NCBI GenBank assembly: GCA_964016885.1
Contig: OZ024740.1
Span: forward strand, 325,128,001 to 325,192,000
DNA from: Eledone cirrhosa
Taxonomy: Eukaryota
Length of the DNA stretch: 64,000 bases
Direction: 5' to 3'
Shown here: piece by piece, positions 14,252 through 26,749 of the stretch
Layout of the letters: each line of letters begins with the position of its first letter
Numbering within the stretch: position 1 is the first letter of the stretch
Notes under the pieces: model-generated
The model's input: only the letters and a program-made list of their open reading frames with translations
Told to the model about the DNA's origin: nothing
Databases searched by the model: none
Translations under genes and position numbers: made by a program

Positions 14252-16386
14252 ATGGACCTTTATGAATTGGATTATTCAATCAAAAATATACCTACTCCTT
14301 CCAACACAACTTATACCAAACTGCTTATAGATAAAATCGAACAAGTCGTTAAAAGAATGAGATGGAAAGCAATGGTTTACGATGGACTATTCAGTGCTGA
14401 TACTAATAATTGTTTTGACATAAAATCCCGTAAATACCCACCTAGAATTAAAGACATGGCCAACTTCGAATTAGACCTTGTTAATTTAATTAGTGATATA
14501 ACATTTCGTAAGTACAATAATAATTTTCAAACTAAACTGTCTAACAATATTTCTAATTTTAAAAATTCTACAAACACTTTTGTTCTTTCCGATAAAACTA
14601 AAAATCTCTTTTAAGTTAATAGTATTTTATATAACCAACTTTTAACTAATAGTATCACCAACAAATATCAATTAACTAATAATAACACCTACAATACTAT
14701 TAATAAAGAAGCTAAAGAACTAGCTAGTTCTTTAAAAATAGACAACCGGATTGAAAGCCTAGCTAAACGTAAAGCATATATTACCCTTAAAGACCATAAA
14801 TTAGACTTTACTAATCGACCTAGTTGTAGACTGATTAACCCGGCTAAATCCGAAGTTGGCCTTGCAAGTAAAAAAATCTTAAGAAAAATAATTCTCCGAA
14901 TTAGAACTAAGACTGACTTATCACAATGGTTAAATACATCCTCTGTTATTTTTTGGTTTAATAATATACAAGGTAAAAATAAGTGTAGATTTACCCAATT
15001 TGATATTGTTGATTTTTACCCCTCTATTATGTTTCCTTATTAACTAAAGCCTTAGATTTTGCAAGACCCTTCATTAATATTTCTAAATTAGAAGAAGACA
15101 TTATCTTTCATGCTAGAAAAACTCTACTCTTTACTAATGAAAGTATTTGGGTTAAAAAGTCAAACCCTGAAAACTCTTTTGATGTTGCAATGCGTTCATA
15201 TGACAATACGGATGTGTGTGACTTAGTAGGATTATTCTTTCTCCACACCCTTAAAGAGACATTTCCTTCCCATAATATCGGTTTATACCGTGACGACGGA
15301 TTGGCAATTTCTCATACCACCAACGACCATAACCTTGATAAATTCCGTAAAGATTTAATCAATACTTTTGCTAATCTTAATCTTAAAATTACTATAGATA
15401 CGAACCTTACCAATGCTAACTTTCTTGACATTAATCTTGATCTACTTACTGCCTCTTTTAAACCTTATCATAAACCTAACGAAAATCTTAGATATATACA
15501 CAAAGAGTCTTGCCATCCCCCTATAGTTTTTAAAAATCTTATTCCCAACATTAGCCGTAGGATTTCTACCTTATCTTCGTCTCTAGACATTTTTAACAAA
15601 GCCGCCCTTATTATAATAAAGCCCTTAATAACAGCGGATTTACAGAACACATTAATTATTTACCTACTCCTCCCCCTAAAACTAACCACAATAATAGGAA
15701 AAGGAAAATTATTTGGTTTACACCCCCCCCCCCTTCTCTCTAACTGTCAAAACTAATGTAGGGAGGAAATTCCTTGACCCCTTAGGCAAACATTTTCCTC
15801 CTAATCATAGATATTATAAGATATTTAATAGAAATGTAGTTAAAATCAGTTACTCTTGCTGCCCATCAATGAAGTTTAAAATCACCAATTCTAATCGTAC
15901 GAGAATAAATCCAGGATGCAGTTGCAGGAAGCCGGATGAATGCCCATTACAGGGCAAATGTAACACCAAATCCGTTGTATATGAGGCCAAAGTGACACCT
16001 TTAATTAAGAACCAGCCAGCCAGGAGTGAACGATATGTTGGCATGACTCAGGACAGGTTTAAAATCAGGTTTTATGCACATGTCGCTTCTTTTAAAAACT
16101 CCGATAAAAGAACAACAACGGCTCTCGCAAATAAGGTGTGGGAATTAAAGGATAAAACATCCCATACTCTATCGATTGGTCTATTATAGACCATTCGAGG
16201 GATTACCAAAGGGACACAAAGAATTGTTCTTTGTGTACCACTGAAAAATTTAGGATTTTACAAAGGTTGAAAGCCACTTCAACTTGCCTGAAATCCAAGA
16301 CCGAGATCTTCAGATGTTGTCCTCACCTGAAATCACATCTGATCTGTAACTGGATTGACATTCCTACGATGACTCAACGACCTTGA
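14252..16386 (+). mobile_element. Naiad-type Penelope-like retroelement ORF (RT + GIY-YIG endonuclease), disrupted
   Basis: Motifs MRWKA, ITLKDHK, RLINPAKS, FDIVDFYPSI, GLYRDDGL, FLDI, CSCR..CPLQGKC, VVYEAKV..YVGMT..RFKIRFYAH and CSLC. One TAA stop (14612) and frameshifts near 15030, 15610-15730 and 16158. Confidence 0.93.
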
Positions 16387-16604
16387 ACTTCTTCTCTGCT
16401 CTCTACGCCTTACATCCACTACGATTTTTATTACTTTCTGAACTCACTTTCTGTACGCTTATATTCTTTTTCTCCCTTATCTCCCCTTATATTTAAACTT
16501 TTTCCTATGTCATTTATTTTCCTTATCCCCCTACTTTCTACCTTACCCTTTAAATACCCACCTTTTTTATTTTTAGATATTTATTTGTGTCTGTGTGTGT
16601 GTGT

Positions 16605-16691
<87 letters not shown>

Positions 16692-17566
16692 ATGTATATG
16701 TATATATAATTATATATATCTGTACGTATATGTATGTGTGTATATCATTGTATTTTATATGTATCTGTTGCAATTGTGTGTGTGTATATATATATATGTG
16801 TGTGTGTGTTTATATGTGTGTGTGTGTATGTGTATTTTTATATATATATGTTTACGTGTGTATATATATAATAGCCTCAGAAACGGCTTGAACTCTGTCG
16901 TCGGGGTCATACTTTTTCCTATATGTATATATATATATATATGTATATGTATGTATATGTATGTATATATGTGTGTATTTGTATGGTTGTGTGTGTGTAT
17001 ATATATATATATGTGTGTATGTGTATGTATATGCATAATTACATACAGAGAGATTTAATGCCTATTTTCTGTGATTATTTGCTCCAGGAACTTGTTGAGT
17101 GCTTTAAATCAGCTATAAACATTTATACCCTTATCTATTTATTTATTTATTTATTTATTATTTGTCGTATTCCCAACTATTTGTTTACCCCTTTCACTTT
17201 TTATTTATGTATATATATAATATTTAAGTATTTTCTTATATATATATATATATATTTAAGAGTTAAACAAGGTTCAATGAATACATCTAAGAATGAGTTT
17301 TACACACATACATGTGTGTGTATGTATTTATATGTGTGTGTGTGTGTGTATATGTATGTGTATATATATATATATAAATATGAGGTAAATATCTCATTGA
17401 GCACTAAGTAAACACTGAGATATATAGGGTGTCTATAATATAATTGTTGTTTTATGGTACTAATTCGAGATACCAGAACTATAAAAATTGATGAGCAGAA
17501 CAAACAAACATTAAACAATCCTTTAAATAAATTAAAAAATGATTTAAATATCTACCTGTTCATAAT

Positions 17567-17645
17567 GCTATTACCGGCGGTTTCGATCCACAAAAAATTG
17601 GAAATTCAGAGAATTTCCAACGGAAAGCAGATTTCATCAGATAGC
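17567..17645 (-). ncRNA. Type I hammerhead ribozyme (left arm)
   Basis: Reverse complement of the 18063-18141 motif. Confidence 0.88.
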
Positions 17646-18062
17646 TATTTCCTTTCTATAGGACATTTGTCCCACGGTCAGCAAATATAATGCTAACTAC
17701 CAGCTCGTATGGGCTCATGCCGTTAAAGTGACCCATACGTGACCTGGCCACTAGAGCAAGCGGGAATATTATAGACTTGTTGATGGCTTGGCTGCTAAAA
17801 AAATAGCAGTAAGCAACAACGAATTTTTTTCTCTACATAGATTGGAGAATATATAAAAGTGAGGTAAAAAATGAGGAAAAAAATTCGTTGTTGCTTACTG
17901 CTATTTTTTTAGCAGCCAAGCCATCAACAAGTCTATAATATTCCCGCTTGCTCTAGTGGCCAGGTCACGTATGGGTCACTTTAACGGCATGAGCCCATAC
18001 GAGCTGGTAGTTAGCATTATATTTGCGGACCATGGGAAAAAATCTCCTATAGAAAGGAAATA

Positions 18063-18141
18063 GCTATCTGATGAAATCTGCTTTCCGTTGGAAATTCTCT
18101 GAATTTCCAATTTTTTGTGGATCGAAACCGCCGGTAATAGC
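18063..18141 (+). ncRNA. Type I hammerhead ribozyme (right arm)
   Basis: Stem I GCTAT/ATAGC; CTGATGA; stem II ATCTGC/GTGGAT extended by TTGGAAATT/AATTTCCAA; GAAAC-cgccg-GTA. Confidence 0.88.
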
Positions 18142-18219
18142 ATTATGAACAGGTAGATATTTAAATCATTTTTTAATTTATTTAAAGGATTGTTTTCTGT
18201 TTGTTTGTTCTGCTCATCA

Positions 18220-18278
<59 letters not shown>

Positions 18279-18540
18279 CATTATTCTTTAATAACATCAA
18301 ATTTTCGTGTACCTTTCACCGGCTTGACCACCTTTCATCCCCAAAGTAATCTTTTCATTCAAAATAGTCTTTCCATTAAAAACTGAAGTCTGCATTCCTC
18401 TACCCCTAAATTAAATTTCTACTACTACTATTCTAGCAACTTGACCACTTACTACTTTTCTATTGGTCAATTCAAAACCTGTTCCCAAACAGACCTATTA
18501 TATTAAATCTTTGTTGGTTTTTTTCAATAAACAAATATCA

Positions 18541-18670
18541 TTATTTCTGAAGACAGCATATATATGTGTAGGTATGTATATTCCCTCTGATAGTTTGTAA
18601 AATTTTTACATAGATCTATATGATATACATACCCACACACATATATATCCTAGAAACGATCGTGAAATGA
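18541..18670 (+). ncRNA. Hammerhead-like motif with a very long stem II
   Basis: Stem I TTATTT/AAATGA; CTGAAGA; stem II ATATATATGTGT.GGTATGTATAT/ATATACATACC.ACACATATATAT; GAAAC-GATC-GT. The cleavage triplet reads GUG, which is non-canonical. Confidence 0.7.
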
Positions 18671-18851
18671 GGAATTGTTTAATATGAGGAACTGTTTCTT
18701 TGTTTTTATTCATTGTTTTTATTAATTTATATATATATGTGTGTATGTATATGCATATGTATATGCATATGTGTATGTGTATGTGCGTGTGTGTGTATGT
18801 ATATATTTATATGTATATATGTGTATGTGTAATTGTGTGTATTGCACGTGT

Positions 18852-19107
18852 GTTTGTTCATTTATTTGTTTCCTGTATCGCTGTCAAATTTTATAATAAT
18901 TTTTACATTTATTTTTATTCTTATGTGACGGCCTATATGGTCGTCTATTGTTATTTATTTTTCTTATTATATTTTTTCTTATAATTAATTGTGTGTGTGC
19001 GTATGTAGGTGTGTATACATATATCTATATTTCTGTTTGCGTGTGTATGCGTGTATATATATGTGTGTATGTATGTGCGTGTATGTACGTGTGTATATAT
19101 GTATGAT

Positions 19108-19156
<49 letters not shown>

Positions 19157-19290
19157 GTGTGTGTGTGTGTGTTTGTGTATTTGTGTGTATGTGTATGTAT
19201 GGATATGTGGATATATATATGTGTGTATATATGTATATGTATATGTATGTGTATTTGTACGTGTATGTATATGCGTATGTATGTATATAT
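18852..19290 (+). repeat. Direct repeat, copy 2 (of 13274-13740)
   Basis: Same sequence as copy 1, ending in (TA)n. Confidence 0.85.
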
Positions 19291-19336
19291 ATATATATAT
19301 ATTATATATATATATATATTATATTATATATATATA

Positions 19337-19409
<73 letters not shown>

Positions 19410-19571
19410 GTAAAAGTGAAGAATAACATGGTCTACAGTACAAACAAGGAAATTTAGTTACAGTCTAGGTAAACATCTTGTTGAGTCATACAACGCGGTA
19501 CGCTAAAACTATCCATGATAAGAAGTATTCACAACCTCTAATCGGATTACCTATAACGATATCTTGTTATC

Positions 19572-19603
<32 letters not shown>

Positions 19604-19697
19604 TTATATATATATATATATATATATACATATATATTATAAAGTGACATGACAGGAGGCCAGATATATTGAATTTCCTTAGTTTTTTATTTCTGCA

Positions 19698-19757
19698 AAA
19701 ACTATGCACATTTCAGTAGCCAGTTTGCTTAAGAACCTGGTTACCTCATCAGGTGTA
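19698..19757 (-). ncRNA. Type I hammerhead ribozyme
   Basis: Minus strand: AC CTGATGA GGTAaCCAG..CTGGcTACT GAAA TGTGCA TA GT. Stem I is short or degenerate. Confidence 0.7.
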
Positions 19758-19903
19758 AATTGCGTAATAGGTGTGTACCAACGGAATGATGGTAAACTTT
19801 AAGGAAACAAGCAAAGAAAACACAGAGAGGAAAAAGTTTGTGTTTATGGTTTTGACCCACAGACGGACGTAGTAGCATGCTGCCACCTTGCTGCGCCGTC
19901 TCC

Positions 19904-19988
<85 letters not shown>

Positions 19989-20080
19989 AGAACACTGGAG
20001 GGTAATATCCGTTGTAGTAGAGCACTCAGTCCATGGGACGAGTTTGGTAGAAATATTAACACAACAGTTAGTTCACCATA

Positions 20081-20118
20081 CTGAGAACAATTGTTTCATC
20101 TTCCGGATCTTCAGCTTT
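20081..20118 (-). ncRNA. Minimal type I hammerhead ribozyme
   Basis: Minus strand: AG CTGAAGA TCCGGAAGAT GAAAC AATT GTT CT. Same family as 55400-55437. Confidence 0.65.
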
Positions 20119-20472
20119 GACTGACAATTGTTACACGGAACAGGAAAAGAAGAAACAACCGTTTGAATACGCATGCGCAGAAACGGTCACTTCTCCCAAA
20201 CGATAAAAAAACTACGGTCGAAAGGTGTAAGGGAGATAACTGCGAATGTCCGGAATAAATTGTTCGAGTTGATTAGAATATTAGAATGTTGATGTTATTC
20301 AATCCGGAGTTTTGTAGTTATGCAAGAGGTGTTTCCAGACGTGTGGACAACGTCAAAACTTTCATTACTTGAATTTAGGAAATCGCTATTGCGTAATCTC
20401 CTTAAATATTGATCCCTTCTTCAATGCACAATCCACAAGACGGATTACCCTCCGCGTATGCATTGGACATAA

Positions 20473-20560
20473 TGATAGCTTTCCATTGAATGGAGTAGTC
20501 TACACATATGGTCCCTCAAATATTGAGGTCTAGACTACTTCATTCAATGGAATGCTATCA
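20473..20560. repeat. Imperfect hairpin (about 30-bp arms)
   Basis: tgatagctttccattgaatggagtagtcta ... tagactacttcattcaatggaatgctatca. Confidence 0.85.
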
Positions 20561-20581
20561 CTAAGTCGAAGACATACGCCA

Positions 20582-20583
<2 letters not shown>

Positions 20584-20671
<88 letters not shown>

Positions 20672-20749
20672 AAGAAGAAGAAGAAGAAGAAGAAGAAGAA
20701 GAAGAAGAAGAAGAAGAAGAAGAAGAAGAAGAAGAAGAAGAAGAAGAAG
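20584..20749. repeat. Compound (TAA)n-(GAA)n microsatellite
   Basis: Directly visible. Confidence 0.95.
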
Positions 20750-21030
20750 ACAGCAGGCCATTAACGAATGCAGAAGATAATATACCACCATAATAAAAGA
20801 TGGGTTTTCACAATTGATATCATACATCCATATCTCCCAATCTTCGCTCGATATTCACAATCCATGACAAGATTATAGGTATGTCCTCCATTTTAACAAT
20901 TCGCTTATTGTCTATGGTTTGTATTTGTTTTCTTATACGAAAGAAAAATACATTGAAAAGGGCAAAATACTTTCTGTCGCCCTCGGTTTATGTCTCTACC
21001 CCTCTCTCGCACACGCAATTGTATATACAA

Positions 21031-21070
<40 letters not shown>

Positions 21071-21106
21071 ATGTGTGTGTGTGTGTATGTATATATATAT
21101 ATATAT

Positions 21107-21173
<67 letters not shown>

Positions 21174-21327
21174 TATATATATATATTCCTATATATGTAT
21201 ATATATATATATATATATACATATATATGTATATAAATATGTGTGTATATATAAGTATAATAATATATATATATATATATATATATAAATACATATATAT
21301 ATATACATATATATATATGTATACATG

Positions 21328-21372
<45 letters not shown>

Positions 21373-21452
21373 ATGTATGAACGTATATATGTATATATTA
21401 CATATATACATACATATATGCACACATATATACATATATATATGTATACATG

Positions 21453-21501
<49 letters not shown>

Positions 21502-22070
21502 ATGTATGAACGTATATATGTATATATTACATATATACATACATATATGCACACATATATACATGTGTATGCATATACTTATGCAGTTTGGATGAAAAAC
21601 GAATCGAAACAAAAAGCTGAAACCGGAATGCTACACTTAAAGACAACCCCCTTGAAATCATAAGTTTCCATTTCTGATCCAATAATAATACCTTTCAGTG
21701 ATGGTTTTATTCTCACCCCAAATTCCTGAGATTAATGTCGACGTTTTCTGTCACTAGGGATCTTGTTGGAAAAAGAACACCCCCAACCCCTCCGTACAAA
21801 AAATATATATATATATATAACAGAAACGTTTACCTTACATCCGCACACATATAAACACTAAGCGCTATATATTTAACACTAACTACCATTTACACATACA
21901 TGCTATAGACATTGTATACACGCACGTATATTATAAGCATTACTTACACAGATATATACAGCAACTAATCTTTTACACATAAACATACCATCAACTACCA
22001 CATTCACATCTACTCTAACCACCCCTAATCACCCCGTATACATACATACGCATTTTACCATTACTACCAT

Positions 22071-22205
<135 letters not shown>

Positions 22206-22792
22206 AGTGAATGACATATATACATACATAAATATCTAATGATATAAATGCATAATGACGGTATGACGCATATCAAATCTTATATTTTGTGTGATAAAAA
22301 CGTACTTACACACCATTGTACCTTTGAAATATGAATAATAAAATATATATTTTGATTATGAGAATATTTTTCATTTATTATTATTTTGAATAATATTAAA
22401 TACTCCAGGAAAATAGACTGTCGAGTGCTTCTAATCTATTGTAAAATTTTGTTCGTTGAATAATCAACGAACCATATTAATATTTGGTTATATATATATA
22501 TATAGAGAGAGAGAGAATTTAGTATATCTGCCAACATATGCGTACAGATGTACACTAATGCTAGCAAATACATAAGTTATGTCATAGTACCTAGGTGGTT
22601 CAATGCAGGAGGATGCAGAACAGTAATATGAAAGACGTAAAATAAGAAAATTTAAAAAAAAATTAAAAATTAACTTACTTACTAAAATTTTCACTCCAAC
22701 TAATTAGTTTCTGTAATGGGATAAAGATAGTTACGTAATATAACCATCGAGAATTCAATTTTTAATTTTTTTTAATTTTCTTATTTTACGTC

Positions 22793-22848
<56 letters not shown>

Positions 22849-22891
22849 AAGTTAAATAAAAGTCAAATGATTAAATTTAGCTTCGTTTATT

Positions 22892-22946
22892 ACTGCTATA
22901 TATATTTCAGTGACAGCCATCTTTGGCTGTGACCTCTTCAGGCAGT
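22892..22946 (-). ncRNA. Type I hammerhead ribozyme
   Basis: Minus strand: ACTGC CTGAAGA GGTcACAGCC aaagat GGCTGTcACT GAAA TATATA TA GCAGT. Confidence 0.88.
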
Positions 22947-23047
22947 TTGAATTAGTATGGTATAGACAAGGAACTGGGCATATCAGAGTATTGACAATAT
23001 CATACACCTAAACAACATATGTACTTGTCTATACCATACTAATTCAA

Positions 23048-23102
23048 ACTGCCTGAAGATGTCACAGCCAAAGATGGTTGTCACTGAAATATATATAGCA
23101 GT
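23048..23102 (+). ncRNA. Type I hammerhead ribozyme
   Basis: ACTGC CTGAAGA tgtcACAGCC aaagat GGTTGTcact GAAA TATATA TA GCAGT, with a palindromic stem III. Confidence 0.85.
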
Positions 23103-23415
23103 AATAAACGAAGCTAAATTTTAATCATTTGACTTTTATTTAACTTTATTTTACACTACTCCGGAGTAACCAAACCAACCTGCGCACTTCGTCGAGTGCT
23201 CCAGCCTGCATACTGAGGTGTTGGTATACAACCAACATAAACTCAAAATCTATATATATATATATATATCTGTGTGTGTGAGAAAAACCACAGACCCTCC
23301 ATCTTAACTCACCTTTTGAAAAGCAGAACTGCGAAACCGGTAAAGGAACCAAATAAATTTTTTTTTTTTTTTTTTAAATAAGACTCCAGCTGCATTTTCG
23401 ATTTCATCTCTTTTT

Positions 23416-23446
<31 letters not shown>

Positions 23447-23496
23447 AGAGACGTAAGATAAGAAAATTATAAAATTAACTTACTTACTAAAATATC

Positions 23497-23578
23497 ACTT
23501 CCAACTAATTAGTTTCTGGAATGGAGTAGATACATCTTCCGAAGAAGGTGTGGAGAAACATCCCGTCATCAGGAAAGT
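23497..23578 (-). ncRNA. Type I hammerhead ribozyme
   Basis: Reverse complement of 24274-24355. Confidence 0.82.
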
Positions 23579-24273
23579 CTATTCTCATATAAGCTTCGAG
23601 GCAAAGCGAGGACTCTGGAAGCTTACTAAAAAATAAATCAGTGAATAGGAAATAGCAAAGCGTGGACTTACTTCCTAGCCATTGAGAAAATCACTGCCTC
23701 TGTGTCTGTGGCAAATTCAAAAAGAATCGAGCACGTGACATCGAGGTCAATCGGTGGAAAGTGGGTTGTTAATAAGACAGCGGCCAGCCTACTACCGTAG
23801 CAGCAGTCATGGCCAGTATTGCTCGACAAATATTTTGGAGATAATAATAAAGAATGTATATCTAGTAACATATATATACATACAAATGCATATCGATGCT
23901 AGCAAATATATAGGTTTTGTCTTAATAACATTGTGGTTCAATGCATGGGGTTGCAGAACAATAATATAAGAGACGTAAGATAAGAAAATTATAAAATTAA
24001 CTTACTTACTAAAATATCACTTCCAACTAATTAGTTTCTGGAATGGAGTAGATACATCTTCCGAAGAAGGTGTAGAGAAACATCCCGTCATCTTCCACCG
24101 ATTGACCTCGATGTCACGTGTTCCATTCTTTTTGAATTTGCCACAGACACAGAGGCAGTGATTTTCTCAATGGCTAGGAAGTAAGTCCACGCTTTGCTAT
24201 TTCCTATTCACTGATTTATTTTTTAGTAAGCTTCCAGAGTCCTCGCTTTGCCTGGAAGCTTATATGAGAATAG

Positions 24274-24355
24274 ACTTTCCTGATGACGGGATGTTTCTCC
24301 ACACCTTCTTCGGAAGATGTATCTACTCCATTCCAGAAACTAATTAGTTGGAAGT
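24274..24355 (+). ncRNA. Type I hammerhead ribozyme with an extended stem II capped by UUCG
   Basis: Stem I ACTTTC/GGAAGT; CTGATGA; GGGAT/ATTCC with inner ACAcCTTC-TTCG-GAAGaTGT; GAAAC TAATTA GTT. Confidence 0.82.
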
Positions 24356-24524
24356 GATATTTTAGTAAGTAAGTTAATTTTATAATTTTCTTATCTTACG
24401 TCTCTTATATTATTGTTCTGCAACCCCGTGCATTGAACCACAATGTTATTAAGACAAAACCTATATATTTGCTAGCATCGATATGCATTTGTATGTATAT
24501 ATATGTTACTAGATATAAATTCAT

Positions 24525-24616
<92 letters not shown>

Positions 24617-25384
24617 AGGAGTTGACGGACCCAGCATATTTATCAATGCATGGACCGGTTGTATGTCAGCGTACTCAATGGGCAATGTAAGATACATTCC
24701 CAGAGTATACACACTGACTCACACATACCATAACAATCACATCTCCGCACACATATTAGAAGGAATAAATATATACTATTGAATACCTACACATAACATA
24801 TTACCCATATATTCCCACACTGCTTACACCCATACCATCACTAACAACCATTACACTGATTTACTACATTTATGCAAGTATACCATAGCATTGAGACACA
24901 CTTATGTACACATACCATAAATATCAGATATACACATACCATACATATCAGATATACACCTATAACTCTACAATTTACACATACATTCTACCACGACCCA
25001 ACAAATACACATTACTAACTACACACACATGTATATATATACCACTGCATGACTACACGTACATATTTATATCTACACCTGCATATACAATCCATTACTA
25101 ACCAAAAATATATACTATAGTCTACACATATATATATACTATTGCATACCTACACATACACACACATTCCATCATGAACCATCACACATACACATGCTAC
25201 TAGCTACATACTACATATCACCATTGACATACATAATCCACTACTACCCACCACTTAAACACATACCTACAATGAATTAAACATACACAACGGCATTCTA
25301 CCACTCATACACATTTATACGACGCACCGCCATATAACATATAGAGCCACTCCTACTTACACATACATATACTACTACCTCTAC

Positions 25385-25660
25385 GTGGCATCTTGGGCAA
25401 GTATTGCTAACCATAACCTTAGGCCGCCCCATGCTTTGTAAGTGAAACTGGATAGAAGGAAACTATTTGGAACAGTACATGTAATTCAAAGAGGCAGACT
25501 TGTCCCATTCTGTACTAGGCTGAATCTCCCTCAGAATTACGTTAAGAGTACACGTGTCTGTGAATATTCAGCCACTCACAAGTCAATTTCCGAAGCAGGC
25601 TGTTCCGTTGATGGATTAACTGGAACACTCATCGTCGTAAGCGATGAAAATCCTTTCCAT
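25385..25660 (+). mobile_element. SINE (second family; relatives at 1930-3020, 11340-11470, 61250-61520)
   Basis: The shared body gctgaatctccc..acacgtgtctgtg..tcagccact..gcaggctgttccgttgat is dispersed across the window. Confidence 0.7.
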
Positions 25661-26175
25661 TCTACACCTCCACACACACACACCCATTATATATATTTAC
25701 ACACACACACACACACACACACATACACACACAGAGACACACACACACACACACACACATACAGGAATCGAGTCAATGCCAATAAGCCGCTAAAGAGTCC
25801 CACCTTCATATATTTTAACCAATGATATGATAAGTGGAGGGTGGTGTGGCGGATAAATAGCAGTGTAAGAATGGAGGGGGGGGGCAGATCAATAACAGAG
25901 AGAGAGTAGAGAGTGGTGTCGAATCAATACTAGAGGAGGGAGGGAGAGGTCGGTCGGATCAATAGTAGAGACAATGGCTATTTAAGGTATTCAACTTCAT
26001 GTATATAGATTTCATATGTCAGCATATCAATTTGGCATGTCAATTTATACAAAAATATGTATGTATATGCATATTTGTATATATTGGTATATATATATAC
26101 ATATATATATATATATAATTACAATTTTATATGTGTGTGCGTATGCATACTTACACACACACACACACAAACACT

Positions 26176-26286
<111 letters not shown>

Positions 26287-26433
26287 GAGAGTGAGAGACA
26301 GAGACAGAGAGAGGGACAGAGAGAGGGATAGAGATAGAGAGAGAGATGTATATATATCCCACTCTCAAACAAGAGCGTGAAACTAATAAACCTTTGTTCG
26401 TACTGCCTCTCTGTTTTGTTCCCGTTCCATTTT

Positions 26434-26507
<74 letters not shown>

Positions 26508-26520
26508 TATATATATATAT

Positions 26521-26572
<52 letters not shown>

Positions 26573-26672
26573 GTATATAATGATGAAGGAAAATCAAGGA
26601 AATCTTGGCTGCCAGCAATCCTCCGAGGTGGCATCATATATAAATATATATATATATATATATGTATATATG

Positions 26673-26749
26673 CAGCGTGTCCCAAAAATGTATACGCACA
26701 CTTCAACAGCAGATAACTCGAAGCGTGTATACATTTTAGGGACACCTTG
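26673..26749. mobile_element. Tc1/mariner-type MITE (about 77 bp)
   Basis: TIRs cagcgtgtcccaaaaatgtatac / gtatacattttagggacaccttg within a TA-rich tract. Confidence 0.75.

Larger units (their letters stand above)
17480..18228. repeat. Long palindrome (arms about 350 bp, spacer about 40 bp) containing two opposed hammerheads
   Basis: 17480-17833 is a near-perfect reverse complement of 17873-18228; the right end runs into (TA)n. Confidence 0.95.
22842..23151. repeat. Palindrome (arms about 128 bp) with two opposed hammerheads, abutting (TA)n
   Basis: 22842-22970 is the reverse complement of 23023-23151. Confidence 0.95.
23446..24527. repeat. Complex duplicated and inverted repeat unit with three hammerhead copies
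   Basis: 23446-23759 is inverted at 24093-24407; 23850-24092 is inverted at about 24282-24525; 23446-23570 is directly repeated at 23968-24092. Both ends abut (TA)n. A diverged relative lies at 22520-22800. Confidence 0.9.

Noticed and set aside
14252-16386. Selenocysteine-recoding Naiad (known in some Naiads)
   Set aside because: The in-frame stop seen is TAA and the other disruptions are frameshifts. I saw no in-frame TGA at Cys positions and recognised no SECIS by eye.
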